This document shows positions 41,168-51,312 of a DNA stretch of 64,000 nucleotides, piece by piece. The notes beneath the pieces were generated by a model. The model was not told where the DNA came from. It searched no databases and saw only the letters and a list, made by a program, of their open reading frames with translations. The stretch lies in NCBI GenBank assembly GCA_963803145.1, contig CAWDLW010000008.1:128001-192000 (forward strand), written 5' to 3'. Numbering within the stretch: position 1 is the stretch's first letter; every line of letters begins with the position of its first letter. Source of the stretch: Methanotrichaceae archaeon. Its GTDB lineage: Archaea; Halobacteriota; Methanosarcinia; Methanotrichales; Methanotrichaceae. The position numbers were made by a program, and so were the translations under genes.

Positions 41168-43252
41168 ATGGCAGAATCATTGAATGAAATCATAAATCAT
41201 GCCCGAAGCGAGGGCAGAAGCTATCTTATGGAGCATGAGAGCAAAGCAATTCTGGAAAACATTGGGGTTTCAACATCAGGCTCCAAAGTAGCGAGATCTG
41301 AGGAGGAGGCTGTCAAGATATTCAATTCCATCGGCGCACCTGTGGCGCTGAAGGTGCTCTCTCCTGAGGTCGTTCATAAATCCGATGCAGGCGGAGTCAG
41401 GCTCAATTTGAAGAGCGAAAATGATGTGCGAGATGCTTATCGCAAAATCGAGTTAGCCTTCAGCGATAAAAAAGCTGTAGCCATATCAGTCCAAAGAATG
41501 GCAGAGCCAGGGCTAGAGGCAATCATCGGCGTTGCTCAGGACTCGACATTCGGCTCAATGTTGATGTTTGGCCTCGGCGGCATCTTCGTCGAGGTTCTCA
41601 AAGATGTATCATTCAGATCGATTCCTATTTCGGAATTGGATGCTTCAGATATGATAGAGGAGATCAAAGGTTATGCCATACTCAAAGGATATAGGGGGCA
41701 TTCCGCAGATATCCCCGCTCTGAAGCAATTGCTGCTGCAGATATCAGACCTTGTAGCAAAGCACCCTGAGATATCGGAGATGGATCTGAATCCAGTTTTC
41801 CTTTATCCCGACGGCTACGTCGTAGTCGATGCCAGGATAATCTTGGGAGTTGAGCATAAGCCGGTTTCTCAGCCTTCGGCATCTGCAAAGCAGGATCTTC
41901 ACGACCTCTTCTATCCGAGAAGCGTCGCTGTCATAGGTGCCTCAGGCACTCCAGGAAAGCTGGGCTGGAACGTGTTCACCAATCTCGTCAGCCACGGTTT
42001 CAAAGGCAACCTCTATCCCATAAACCCGAGAGCAAAAGAGGTCCATGGGATCAAGGCATATCCGAGGATTAGCGATGTCCCTGGGCCTGTGGATGTGGCG
42101 ATAATACTTGTTTCAGCAGGCATGACGCCTGATGTTGTCGAGGAGTGCTGCGAATGTGGCATTCGCTATATCGTAGTCGAGTCTGCAGGCTTCGCTGAGC
42201 TCGGGCAGTCAGGCAAGGAGATTGAGCTGCAGATGAAGGATATTGCCGACAAATACGGGGCACGCCTGCTCGGTCCGAACTGCTCAGGCATCATAAACAC
42301 CCACTGCAGCATGGTCCAATCGATAGGCATAGTTGATGCCCTGAGCAAAGGCAACATCGGCCTAGTCTCGCAGGCAGGCGTCTGCGCTGCAGGAATGCTC
42401 TGGGGGCTCCGGCATATCATGGACTTCGGCATAATCGCGACTATCGGCAACAAGCTGGATATCAATGAGACAGATATGCTTGATGCAGTCAGCAAAGACG
42501 AGAACGTGAACGTCATCTGCATGTATCTTGAGTCCGTCAAGGGCGGAAGAAGGTTCATCGATGTTGCCAAGGATGTTACCCTGGAAAAGCCTGTTATAAT
42601 CCTGAAGTCAGGCCGAACCGATGCCGGCAAGAAGGCAGTAGCGTCTCATACAGCATCGCTAGCAGGAAACGACCTGATCTTCAGTGCTGCATTCCGTCAG
42701 GCTAGAGTTATACGCGCCAGGGATTATGAGCATATGTTCAACCTTGCCAGAGTGATATCCAAGCAGCCCTTCCCAGATCGTGAGGGCGTTTTCATAATAA
42801 CCTATGCAGGCTCCCTGGGAGTAATCTCAGCAGACGCAATAACTGATAACGGAATGAGGCTTGCTGAGCTGAATCCTGAACTGAAGGCAAGGCTGATGAA
42901 GCTTCTCCCCGAGTATGTCGGAGGCCTCAATCCAGTGGATTACACCTTCAGCCAGAATGCGGATATCGTCAAAAAGACGATAGAGATCGGAGTGGAGAGC
43001 GATGATGTGGGAAGCTTCATCGTCGTGTTGCAGGCTGAGATACTCGGCAGCTATGTCGATGCTTTGAAGAGCATCGATTACGAGGGCAAGCCTATAATAG
43101 CCTGCGTTGCTGGCAAGGAGTTCGCCCTGGATGACGTCATAAAGCTGGAGAAGGCCGGGATACCTGTCCTATCTACGCCTGAGCAAGTTGCAGATGCGCT
43201 TGCAGTGATGTACAGGCATAGAAAGAGGATCGAGAGGGAGCAGTCTATCTAA
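41168..43252 (+). CDS. ADP-forming acetate/acyl-CoA ligase, fused beta-alpha subunits
   Basis: ATP-grasp (HKSDAGGV, DLNPV) followed by CoA-binding (VIGAS, GPNC) and phospho-His SHT. Confidence 0.92.
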   Translation: MAESLNEIINHARSEGRSYLMEHESKAILENIGVSTSGSKVARSEEEAVKIFNSIGAPVALKVLSPEVVHKSDAGGVRLNLKSENDVRDAYRKIELAFSDKKAVAISVQRMAEPGLEAIIGVAQDSTFGSMLMFGLGGIFVEVLKDVSFRSIPISELDASDMIEEIKGYAILKGYRGHSADIPALKQLLLQISDLVAKHPEISEMDLNPVFLYPDGYVVVDARIILGVEHKPVSQPSASAKQDLHDLFYPRSVAVIGASGTPGKLGWNVFTNLVSHGFKGNLYPINPRAKEVHGIKAYPRISDVPGPVDVAIILVSAGMTPDVVEECCECGIRYIVVESAGFAELGQSGKEIELQMKDIADKYGARLLGPNCSGIINTHCSMVQSIGIVDALSKGNIGLVSQAGVCAAGMLWGLRHIMDFGIIATIGNKLDINETDMLDAVSKDENVNVICMYLESVKGGRRFIDVAKDVTLEKPVIILKSGRTDAGKKAVASHTASLAGNDLIFSAAFRQARVIRARDYEHMFNLARVISKQPFPDREGVFIITYAGSLGVISADAITDNGMRLAELNPELKARLMKLLPEYVGGLNPVDYTFSQNADIVKKTIEIGVESDDVGSFIVVLQAEILGSYVDALKSIDYEGKPIIACVAGKEFALDDVIKLEKAGIPVLSTPEQVADALAVMYRHRKRIEREQSI

Positions 43253-43402
43253 ATTCCCGATTATTATTTATTGCTCCCGGGTCTCCGAGAGATAAGCTGG
43301 CACTGAAGCAGCTTACTGTAATGATCCAATTCTTTTTAGCTTTGGATTAGTGTAAATAAGACTAAGAAAAAAAGTGATATCTTGTAAACCGATTAAATCT
43401 TC

Positions 43403-43840
43403 TCAGATCAGCCCGGGGTTATTTAGGTTTGCCCAGGTTCCGCCCTGTCCTACTCTCAGCGATGACTTTGACTCGGCGTATTTCAGATTGTTCTCCATGC
43501 CCCCGCTGAATGTTATCTGAGGTGGAGTGCTGTCAAGTTTCCCAGAGCTCCCAAGCGAAACCACTGTCGTCTTACTCTGATCTTGACCCGAGGAAGTGTT
43601 TATAGAGAACCCATGTCCGAGCATTGGAAATAATGGTGAGTTTATGATCTCAAATGGGGATAGATCTAGTGGCTTGAATGTGCCGATAGGGCTAGATTGA
43701 GACTGATATCCAAAGGAAGTGGCAGTAGTGCCTGATGGAAGTCCACTAAAGAATGTCGGATCGGTGTACAGCCACATTGTTCCGCTGGAAAGTCCAGCGA
43801 GCACAAAGAGCATAGCAATTGGAATTATATATCTTCTCAT
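43403..43840 (-). CDS. Secreted hypothetical protein
   Basis: Signal peptide; Ser/Gly-rich. Confidence 0.65.
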   Translation of the reverse strand: MRRYIIPIAMLFVLAGLSSGTMWLYTDPTFFSGLPSGTTATSFGYQSQSSPIGTFKPLDLSPFEIINSPLFPMLGHGFSINTSSGQDQSKTTVVSLGSSGKLDSTPPQITFSGGMENNLKYAESKSSLRVGQGGTWANLNNPGLI

Positions 43841-43908
43841 AGCTCTAGGGTCCTAACTGTGGGGGATTTAAATGTTTCTAATCATACCCCATAGCCTGAA
43901 AATATATT

Positions 43909-44379
43909 CTAAAACTGCTTAGATATTCTCATAATGCATCCATTTTCGGTGTTCTCACATTCCATCTTCAAGTTGAGATTAGCGAAAACCTTTCTCCAAT
44001 GGCTCTCAGCGCAAGTTTTGCAGTGCTCCTTGGCGATCAGTGTTGCCCCTATCTTGGCAAAGGATTTTGCTCCATCGACCAGTCCGCACTTAATGCGCCT
44101 GATCTCCGTAAAGTCTTCTCCCTCTATTACTTCGATATTGCTGCCGAAGAGGTTTTTATCATTGGTAGCTATCGCCAGAGCGATCTCTCCTGGCTCTGTC
44201 AAACCAAGCTTCTTGAAAGTAGCCGCCACCTGGTGCGCCCCCTGGTCTTGGAACTCGCGCAGCCCTTTTTTGCCTAGTCTGCGTGCCACATAGCCACTGC
44301 TTCCATAGAAGCTTCCCATCCACATTGCAACAACACGCTGCTGGATCTGCTCCAAGGGTATATCCGGAACATCTGTCAT
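43909..44379 (-). CDS. Hypothetical protein, possibly V4R/ligand-binding fold
   Basis: Likely start MTDVPD at 44379; C...CxxC...C pattern. Confidence 0.6.
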   Translation of the reverse strand: MTDVPDIPLEQIQQRVVAMWMGSFYGSSGYVARRLGKKGLREFQDQGAHQVAATFKKLGLTEPGEIALAIATNDKNLFGSNIEVIEGEDFTEIRRIKCGLVDGAKSFAKIGATLIAKEHCKTCAESHWRKVFANLNLKMECENTENGCIMRISKQF

Positions 44380-44592
44380 GTGGTTACAGCCTTTTCCTAA
44401 AATGATATAATCCTTCCGAGCAAATTTCGCAGTAATGTGAGCCAACATTTGCAATAAATTCATACTCAAGAGGATAATTTCTACAAAAGCAGCTTGAGCC
44501 TATCGAAATTCTTATGAAAAAACTATAAATAGTTGCGGTTACTAAATTATACATATCGGCTATATTATAGTCGATATAGAGGTGATATATAA

Positions 44593-44748
44593 ATGGCAAG
44601 TCTACTTTATTTGGCTATAATATTCTTTATATTAGCCATTATAGCAGCAGCGCTGGGAGCACGTGGAGTCGCCGGAGTATCGATGGATATTGCTAAATGG
44701 TTGGTAATTATCTTCATTGTGCTGGCAATTATATCGTTGATACTGTAA
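44593..44748 (+). CDS. DUF1328 (UPF0391/YtjA-like) small membrane protein, not in the ORF track
   Basis: [51 protein letters not shown]; GAGGTGA SD upstream. Confidence 0.9.
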   Translation: MASLLYLAIIFFILAIIAAALGARGVAGVSMDIAKWLVIIFIVLAIISLIL

Positions 44749-45422
44749 TAGTGTCAATGTTTAAGCTTCAATGCTAAAATTTTTATTTTTCCATTGGTCT
44801 ATTTCTCTCTATATTTATCAAGCTCTATCAAGCCCAAGAAACATAATTATAGCTGAACACGACTCTTGTTAAATTGCTGGTGATCCTACGGCTAAAGACA
44901 CGCTGAAATCCTATCTTAAAAAGAGAGACTTCAGCATCACGCCTGAGCCCCGTCCCGATAGCATGCACAGTTCCGAGAGTATTTTCGTTGTACAGAAGCA
45001 TGATTCCGAGCGGCTTCACTATGATTTTAGGCTTGAGGCGGGAGGAGTTCTCAAATCATGGGCAATCCCAAAAGGGCCTTCAAAAAATCCATCGGATAAA
45101 AGGCTGGCAGTTGAGACTGAGGACCATCCCATAGGATACGCTGACTTTGAAGGCATCATACCTAAGGGCCAATATGGAGCAGGAGCTGTAATAGTCTGGG
45201 ATAGAGGCCCTTACAGGAACCTGACCCAAAAGGATGGAAAAGAATTTTCTATAACTGATGCCCTAAAAGATGGCCATGTCGTGATATGGCTTTACGGCAA
45301 GAAATTGAAGGGTGGATATGCCTTCATTCGCACGAAGATGGGTTGGATATTGGTTAAGATGAGAGATGAGGAGGCAAATTCCTCATATGATATACTCAAG
45401 ATGGAGCCGGAATCTCTTATAA

Positions 45423-46982
45423 CCTTAACTCCGCATTACGTGGGGAATAGATTTAGTTTAAGCCTTACATCTAGATCACGAACTTTCTTAGGAATTTCCA
45501 TAATAGCGTCCTCTTCACCAAAGTCGATATGATATATTTTGCTAAACTCGAATAGTAAATCCATTGGTGTCATAGTTCTATTTAGATTGGCTTTCTTTAA
45601 TAGAGATTCGATTTTACAATATGCGTAGAGAGATAAAAATCCAATAAATACATGTCCGAAAACGCTTTCATCGTTATGTAGGTATAATCTATCTGCATAC
45701 AAAGTTGATTTATAGGTATCGAATAATTTCTCGACAACGTCCCTTTTCTTGTAGAATTCATAAGCTTCCTGCTCAGACATCTTTCGATTTGACAGAATTA
45801 AAATCCTTCCAGCTTTTTTAAAATTTTTATCAAACTGATTTTTATCAATCTCACCTTTATCAAGTTTATCGTAAAGGGTATTACGCTCTTCAAGCAAGAG
45901 TTCTTGATCTTCAAATAGATAGAGATACTTGTCTTTGCACATTCTGCTACCACATCGAATTAGCCGCTTACGGTAGCGAAAGTGACTATTTAGGTGAATG
46001 CGCGTATCATAATAATGGCTATTTCTTTTCGCCGGAATAAGGTATGAGATATCAAGTTCATTTAAATCCGAAAAGACATCTTCTGAGGAGAAACCTCTAT
46101 CCAATATGAGCATCTTGTTTTGGATATCAAATTCAGAAAGGGATTTTCTCAGGGTTGCTATGTCTTTGACACTGCCTGGAAGTGATCTTATCATAGTTGG
46201 CAGCCCAGTTTCAGCGTTACAAAGTAGCACTATGTTAATTTGAGGTAATTGAATTTTATCTTTATTATAGCCCTTTTCTGCTTGACGTATGCTCACAGAA
46301 CGCGAAAATATATAACTTAAATCGTATACAAGCTGTTCACTTTGATCGAGAAGGCCCTTAAATAATATGCTCTGACCTTTGCGGTTGCCGCCAATATCTT
46401 GCATTACTTTAGAGAGATGTTGAGACTTGAGATTAGGTTCAATGGATTCCACATTATAGAGCTTTTGCCATGCGCTTTCAGCTCTTTTTAAAGGGACATT
46501 TCCCATAACTCTCAACATAGAAAGCGAATAAATTTCCGACCAATTGTTAGGAAAACCTTCCATCAATAGCGGTTTTATGTCTTTCATGGCTTCGTGAAGC
46601 AAAAGGGCATTGCCGTACTCGGTAATGCTTCTAACCTTTGTTGATTTTTCAACCTTTACATTTTGGCTATCTTCTTCATGGGACCTTATTAAACCGCGCT
46701 CTTGATCAAGTTTACCAATATATTTTGAGGTCTTTATCGCTTTATTTTGAGTTTTATCCCAATGTGTCGTGGAATGGTAAACATAATGCTTAGCGCCATG
46801 CTGTTTTATTTCAAGGCATTTAACTCCTTTATTTCTTTGATCCTCTAACCACTCTTTAACCCAAGTCTCCATATTCACCATATGGGGGATAAAGGTTAAT
46901 TAAGCTTTCGCTCAAATAAGAATCTAGAGCCGAAATAACCACTTAAAAGCCCAATTTATTCCCCATATTCGCGGAGTTAAGG
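45423..46982 (-). mobile_element. IS1634-like insertion sequence, 1560 bp
   Basis: Terminal inverted repeats CCTTAACTCCGC/GCGGAGTTAAGG, imperfect to about 27 bp; 6-bp target duplication TTATAA at 45417..45422 and 46983..46988. Confidence 0.93.
45436..46881 (-). CDS. DDE transposase (IS1634-like)
   Basis: VYDLS, GYNKD, ILDRGF and YKKRDVVEKLF. Confidence 0.93.
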   Translation of the reverse strand: MVNMETWVKEWLEDQRNKGVKCLEIKQHGAKHYVYHSTTHWDKTQNKAIKTSKYIGKLDQERGLIRSHEEDSQNVKVEKSTKVRSITEYGNALLLHEAMKDIKPLLMEGFPNNWSEIYSLSMLRVMGNVPLKRAESAWQKLYNVESIEPNLKSQHLSKVMQDIGGNRKGQSILFKGLLDQSEQLVYDLSYIFSRSVSIRQAEKGYNKDKIQLPQINIVLLCNAETGLPTMIRSLPGSVKDIATLRKSLSEFDIQNKMLILDRGFSSEDVFSDLNELDISYLIPAKRNSHYYDTRIHLNSHFRYRKRLIRCGSRMCKDKYLYLFEDQELLLEERNTLYDKLDKGEIDKNQFDKNFKKAGRILILSNRKMSEQEAYEFYKKRDVVEKLFDTYKSTLYADRLYLHNDESVFGHVFIGFLSLYAYCKIESLLKKANLNRTMTPMDLLFEFSKIYHIDFGEEDAIMEIPKKVRDLDVRLKLNLFPT

Positions 46983-47176
46983 TTATAAGTGGGATGACAA
47001 TCGAGGAACTCTGGGAGCGGGCAGGGGGCAAAAGTCCCAAGAGTTCAAATTTAGGCTGGAAGGTTTAATAAAAATAATAGAAGAATCCAGCGGTAGAACG
47101 ATGCTGGACCTATCTTAGACCTATATATTATAACGCAAACATTAATTTATAGCTTATTGGATGGCAGAGGGAGCGT

Positions 47177-47374
47177 TTACCTCTCTAGCTCTCCCCTTGC
47201 CCTCTTTCCTTCCTCTATAAGCTCCCTAACCCTCTGGCCGCCCTTGTGGCCTATCTCCTCATAGAACTCTCTGCCATGGGTTTGAGCTGTCTTCTCTCCG
47301 CCTTTCCTCCCGGCTTCCTGGACGGTCATTGATCCCTTTCCTTCTCTGCTCATTCTTCTTCTCTCTTCTGGCAT
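47177..47374 (-). CDS. KGG-motif (GsiB/Em-like) general stress protein
   Basis: MTVQEAGRKGGEKTAQTHGREFYEEIGHKGG. Confidence 0.92.
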   Translation of the reverse strand: MPEERRRMSREGKGSMTVQEAGRKGGEKTAQTHGREFYEEIGHKGGQRVRELIEEGKRARGELER

Positions 47375-47415
47375 TATTATCTCTCCAAATATAAATGTTA
47401 GTTTTACCTATAGCT

Positions 47416-47628
47416 TTATGTTCTCTTCTTGGCCTTGGCTTCGGTGCCTTCAGCCTGCTTTCCTTCCTCTATGAGTTCCTTTACTCTCTGGCCGCCCTTG
47501 TGGCCTATCTCCTCATAGAACTCTCTGCCGTGGGTTTGAGCGGTCTTCTCTCCGCCCTTATGTCCAGCCTCGGCAACGGTCATCTCGCCCTTTCCTTCCC
47601 TCTCCGTCCTTTTTCTCTCTCCTGCCAT
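47416..47628 (-). CDS. KGG-motif general stress protein
   Basis: Same KGG motif. Confidence 0.92.
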   Translation of the reverse strand: MAGERKRTEREGKGEMTVAEAGHKGGEKTAQTHGREFYEEIGHKGGQRVKELIEEGKQAEGTEAKAKKRT

Positions 47629-47660
47629 TGCTTAATCTCCTTTTATTGCAATGAGATCAT

Positions 47661-47843
47661 TTATTTGGTTTCAGCTTTTTTTCCTTCCGCAATGAGTTCC
47701 TTTACTCTCTGGCCGCCCTTATGGCCTATCTCCTCATAAAATTCTTTGCCATGGGTTTGAGCGGTCTTCTCTCCGCCCTTATGTCCAGCCTCGGCAACGG
47801 TCATTCCGCCCTTTCCTTCTTTTCTCATTCTCTCTTCAGCCAT
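47661..47843 (-). CDS. KGG-motif general stress protein
   Basis: Same KGG motif. Confidence 0.92.
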   Translation of the reverse strand: MAEERMRKEGKGGMTVAEAGHKGGEKTAQTHGKEFYEEIGHKGGQRVKELIAEGKKAETK

Positions 47844-47876
47844 TATTTACATCTCCTTTTATTATAATGATATTAT

Positions 47877-48035
47877 CTACCTGTTTTCAGATCTTTTCTT
47901 TCCTGTTTCAGTGACTTCGGCTTGCTTTCCTTCCTCAATGAGTTCCCGGACCCGCTGTCCGCCCTTGTGGCCAGCCTCTTCGACGGTCATGGAACCCTTT
48001 CTTTCTCTCTCGCTTCTTCCTCGCTCTTCAGCCAA
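47877..48035 (-). CDS. Short KGG-motif protein (52 aa, TTG start), not in the ORF track
   Basis: MAEERGRSERERKGSMTVEEAGHKGGQRVRELIEEGKQAEVTETGKKRSENR. Confidence 0.85.
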   Translation of the reverse strand: MAEERGRSERERKGSMTVEEAGHKGGQRVRELIEEGKQAEVTETGKKRSENR

Positions 48036-48089
48036 TTCAATCAACTCCTAAACCTAGTTATCCTCATGCATTAGGCTTTTCTGCCGATT

Positions 48090-48313
48090 TCATAGGTTTT
48101 TATCCTTAAACGCTTCTGATTTTCGCTTTTTCCCTTCTTCTATCAGCTCTTTAACTCTTCTTCCGCCGATCTCCCCGCCTTTATGTCCGATTGTTCGATA
48201 GAACTCGTGTCCATGTGTACTTGCAGTCCTCTGGCCGCCTTTTTGCCTGCCTCTGAAACGGACATGGATCCTTTTATAGTGTTCTCATTTCTTTTGGGCA
48301 GCTTTGTATCCAT
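48090..48313 (-). pseudogene. KGG-motif gene with a one-base deletion in an A-run near 48240..48244
   Basis: MDTKLP...MSVSEAGK / GGQRTASTHGHEFYRTIGHKGGEIGGRRVKELIEEGKK. Confidence 0.8.
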
Positions 48314-49200
48314 GTGATCTCTCCTGGCTTTTTATCACAGACCTAAAGGACATTTAGCTTTGAATTAGCAATAGCATTCATGTTCGCTTGGATTCCTTCG
48401 CTTATACTCCGGGGGTGCGTTCATTTATCTCTAAATCAGCAGCGATTTATTTCATCGGCACCTATACTATTATTACTTCTTTCAATATTTATGTTTTACG
48501 CTAAATCATAATTTTAAAAAAAGTAAAAATTTCCGGACGCATGCGACTAAAATGCTCTTCAAGACTGTTCATAAAATATGAAGAAAGTTAAAATCCCCTC
48601 AAAGTATTAGCGATTCGTTATGATACCCTCGTCGAACGGAAGATGCCCGTATACAAATTTTGGACTTTGCCAGCGGGATGTAAACTCAAATCCCTTCGGA
48701 CCTTCTACGCTTTCTGCCATCCATCAACCGCAAATTCGTAAGTTTTATCCTTATTAACAAATATGACTGTGTTAATCGTAAGTATGGATCGTATTTACAA
48801 TCCTGGATAGTATTCAACATAACTAATAGTAATCTGTAAATTAAATGCTGTAATGATAAGCAGAAAACCGCTACTCATATAGATCCTGTCAGATCAGCTC
48901 ATTCAGGGCAGCGCCTATATCCATCGGTGGATATGTGATATTCAGGCCAATTAAATTGGCAAAACTGGTGATAATTGCCTGCCTATTGTAAATAGGTCAT
49001 CTAATATCGATTATCACTGGAATCAGCGATAGGGTGAGATACTATCCTTTGCCAATTGGGCAGTTTTATAGAGAACTTCTTCTAGGCATATGTACGCCGC
49101 GGGTTTGGAAGAATGATCCTAGGCCCGAGAATTACTCTTTACGGCTGTTATCTACATACTTGCCCCTCGAGTCCCTTCAATCATAGATTATAAAGCCCTT

Positions 49201-51123
49201 TTAGCCCCCATCCCCTCCCGTACCCCGAAATCTCATGCGCATCTCATAAGTCCCCTCTTCACGCCTCTTTTCGATATCAAACCCCATCTTCTCAAAGAGA
49301 TGCATCATCGGCCTATTCTCCACAAGCACCTCTGCTGTGAATCCGAGCAATCCCTGTCTTCTTGCAAGGAACGTAAGATAGGAAAGAAGCTCTGTGCCCA
49401 CGCCTTGATTTTGGTATTTATCGTGAACAACTAGAGCGACCTCTGCGGTATGCATGTCTGAGTTCAGCTCATATTGCCCAAGGCCTATTATTGTCTCCTT
49501 CTCCTTATCCTGGAGGACGGCAAGTATCTCCATCTTCCTGCTGTAATCAACGGCCACAAAATCCTGAAGCCTCTGATGCGGCATATCCTTTCTTGTTGAG
49601 AAGAATCGCAGATACATGCTATTTTCTGAAAGTTTGTAAAAGAAGTCCTTCAGCAAAGGCTCATCAGTGATCTTCACTGGCCGAAGAAGAATACTAAGCC
49701 CTGTGGATGTGGTCCTATAAGTCTCCAGCTCTTCAGGGTACACTCCCTTCTCTCCGGGTATGAAGATCTGATCTTTATAGATTAGAGTCCTCTTCCTAGC
49801 GGCCTCTATCAGCCATGGCCTGAACTTTGGATGAGCTATGGCTATAAGATCCATTGCACGCTCACGGATATTCTTTCCATAAAGATAGGCTATGCCGTAC
49901 TCAGTCACAACGTAGTGAACATCTCCACGTGTGAGCGTGACTCCTGCGCCTTCCTGCAAGGTAGGAACTATTCTGGATACTGTATCATTGAGGGCTGTGG
50001 AAGGTAAAGCCAGAATAGTCTTTCCTCCAGGTGCGAGAACTGCACCACGCATAAAGTCCGCCTGACCGCCTATACCGCTGTAAAATGTTCCTCCTAAAGA
50101 TTCGGCTGTTGCCTGGCCTGTCAGGTCTATCTCCATTGCGCTATTGATTGCAGTCATGAGGTTGTTTCTGGCTATAATCATTGGGTTATTGGTATAGTCG
50201 ATCCTCTTGAACTCAACTGTTGGATTCTCATCGAGGAAATCATAGGAATCCCTGCTGCCCATACAGAATGATGCTATCGTCTTGCCGGGATTATGTTCTT
50301 TCTTTGAGTTATCGGCGACACCTTGCTTCATAAGGTTCACTATGCCGTCGCTTAAGAGTTCGGTATGTACTCCCAAGTGCTTCTTGTCCATCAGGTTGGG
50401 GACAACTGCATCCGGTATTAGGCCATAACCAACCTGAATAGTCGAGCCATCCTCTATTATGCGTGCTACATATTTTCCTATTCTCTGAACAATATCATTG
50501 GGCGCTTTGATCGCATACTCGAGCAATGGCTCATCCTTGTTGATAACGAAATCGATATCTTTTAAATTTATGAATCCATCACCCTGTGTCCTCGGCATAT
50601 TGGAATTTACCTGGGCGATGATGATATCTGCCTTCTCTGTAGCAGCCTTGACTATATCGACGCTTATGCCGAGGCTTACATAGCCGTGCTTGTCCGGCAG
50701 AGAGGTTTGAATGAGAGCTACATCTACAGGTATCAGTTCTCTGCGGAAAAGCTCAGGGACAGCCGAGAGAAATATAGGAGTATAGTCTGCCTCGCCATGG
50801 TTAACGGCGTTTCTAGTGCTGTCTCCGACGAAGAAGGAGTCGAGCCTGAAGTTCTCCTGGAGAGTTTCATCGGTATAAGGTGCCACTCCCAGCGTCCAAA
50901 CGTGGATCAGCTCTGCATCGAAGAATGCCTTGGGATGGCTCTTTGTGTAATCCACAAGGGCATGGATAAGGTATTGAGGCTCGCCGCAGCCCGTTCCTAT
51001 GAATATTCTATCACCGGCATGAATATGGCTGAATGCCTGATCCTCAGGCACGAACTTCTCAGGATAGCTCTTCCGGAAGTCCTCTAGGAATGTCTTATCT
51101 TTCATACCAATCGATCCTGGCAC
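49201..51123 (-). CDS. Acetyl-CoA hydrolase/CoA-transferase fused to a GNAT acetyltransferase
   Basis: GVHTELLSDG, DLTGQ, GGQADF and VVTEYG; C-terminal AEVALVV.DKYQNQGVG. Confidence 0.92.
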   Translation of the reverse strand: MPGSIGMKDKTFLEDFRKSYPEKFVPEDQAFSHIHAGDRIFIGTGCGEPQYLIHALVDYTKSHPKAFFDAELIHVWTLGVAPYTDETLQENFRLDSFFVGDSTRNAVNHGEADYTPIFLSAVPELFRRELIPVDVALIQTSLPDKHGYVSLGISVDIVKAATEKADIIIAQVNSNMPRTQGDGFINLKDIDFVINKDEPLLEYAIKAPNDIVQRIGKYVARIIEDGSTIQVGYGLIPDAVVPNLMDKKHLGVHTELLSDGIVNLMKQGVADNSKKEHNPGKTIASFCMGSRDSYDFLDENPTVEFKRIDYTNNPMIIARNNLMTAINSAMEIDLTGQATAESLGGTFYSGIGGQADFMRGAVLAPGGKTILALPSTALNDTVSRIVPTLQEGAGVTLTRGDVHYVVTEYGIAYLYGKNIRERAMDLIAIAHPKFRPWLIEAARKRTLIYKDQIFIPGEKGVYPEELETYRTTSTGLSILLRPVKITDEPLLKDFFYKLSENSMYLRFFSTRKDMPHQRLQDFVAVDYSRKMEILAVLQDKEKETIIGLGQYELNSDMHTAEVALVVHDKYQNQGVGTELLSYLTFLARRQGLLGFTAEVLVENRPMMHLFEKMGFDIEKRREEGTYEMRMRFRGTGGDGG

Positions 51124-51312
51124 CTTTGTGATCCTTGCTAATCTATGTTTTCTAGGGTAATTAGCATGACGCGTATTTAGGTATTGATTATGTCCATGTT
51201 AATACAACTTTTATTCGGCGATATGCTAGGTGAAGGAAACTAATTTAAGCGATTAATCATTAGGCTTCAATTAGCAGACAATCTCCATGAGTGAAGGATA
51301 TAGGGTTGGTGG

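Larger units (their letters stand above)
44888..47068 (+). pseudogene. Stand-alone LigD 3'-phosphoesterase gene interrupted by an IS
   Basis: YLKKRDFSITPEP, FVVQKH..RLHYDFRLE, SWAIPKGPS and GQYGAG; removing the IS restores EPESLISGMTIEEL...KV*. Confidence 0.9.

Noticed and set aside
47177-48313. KGG region as a repeat-spacer array or DGR template
   Set aside because: The repeats are fully explained by paralogous coding sequence, and there is no reverse transcriptase.
48600-49200. Possible degraded gene remnant in the spacer
   Set aside because: Only short frames (e.g. ...PKGFEFTSRWQSPKFVYGHLPFDEGII) that I cannot assign to a family.
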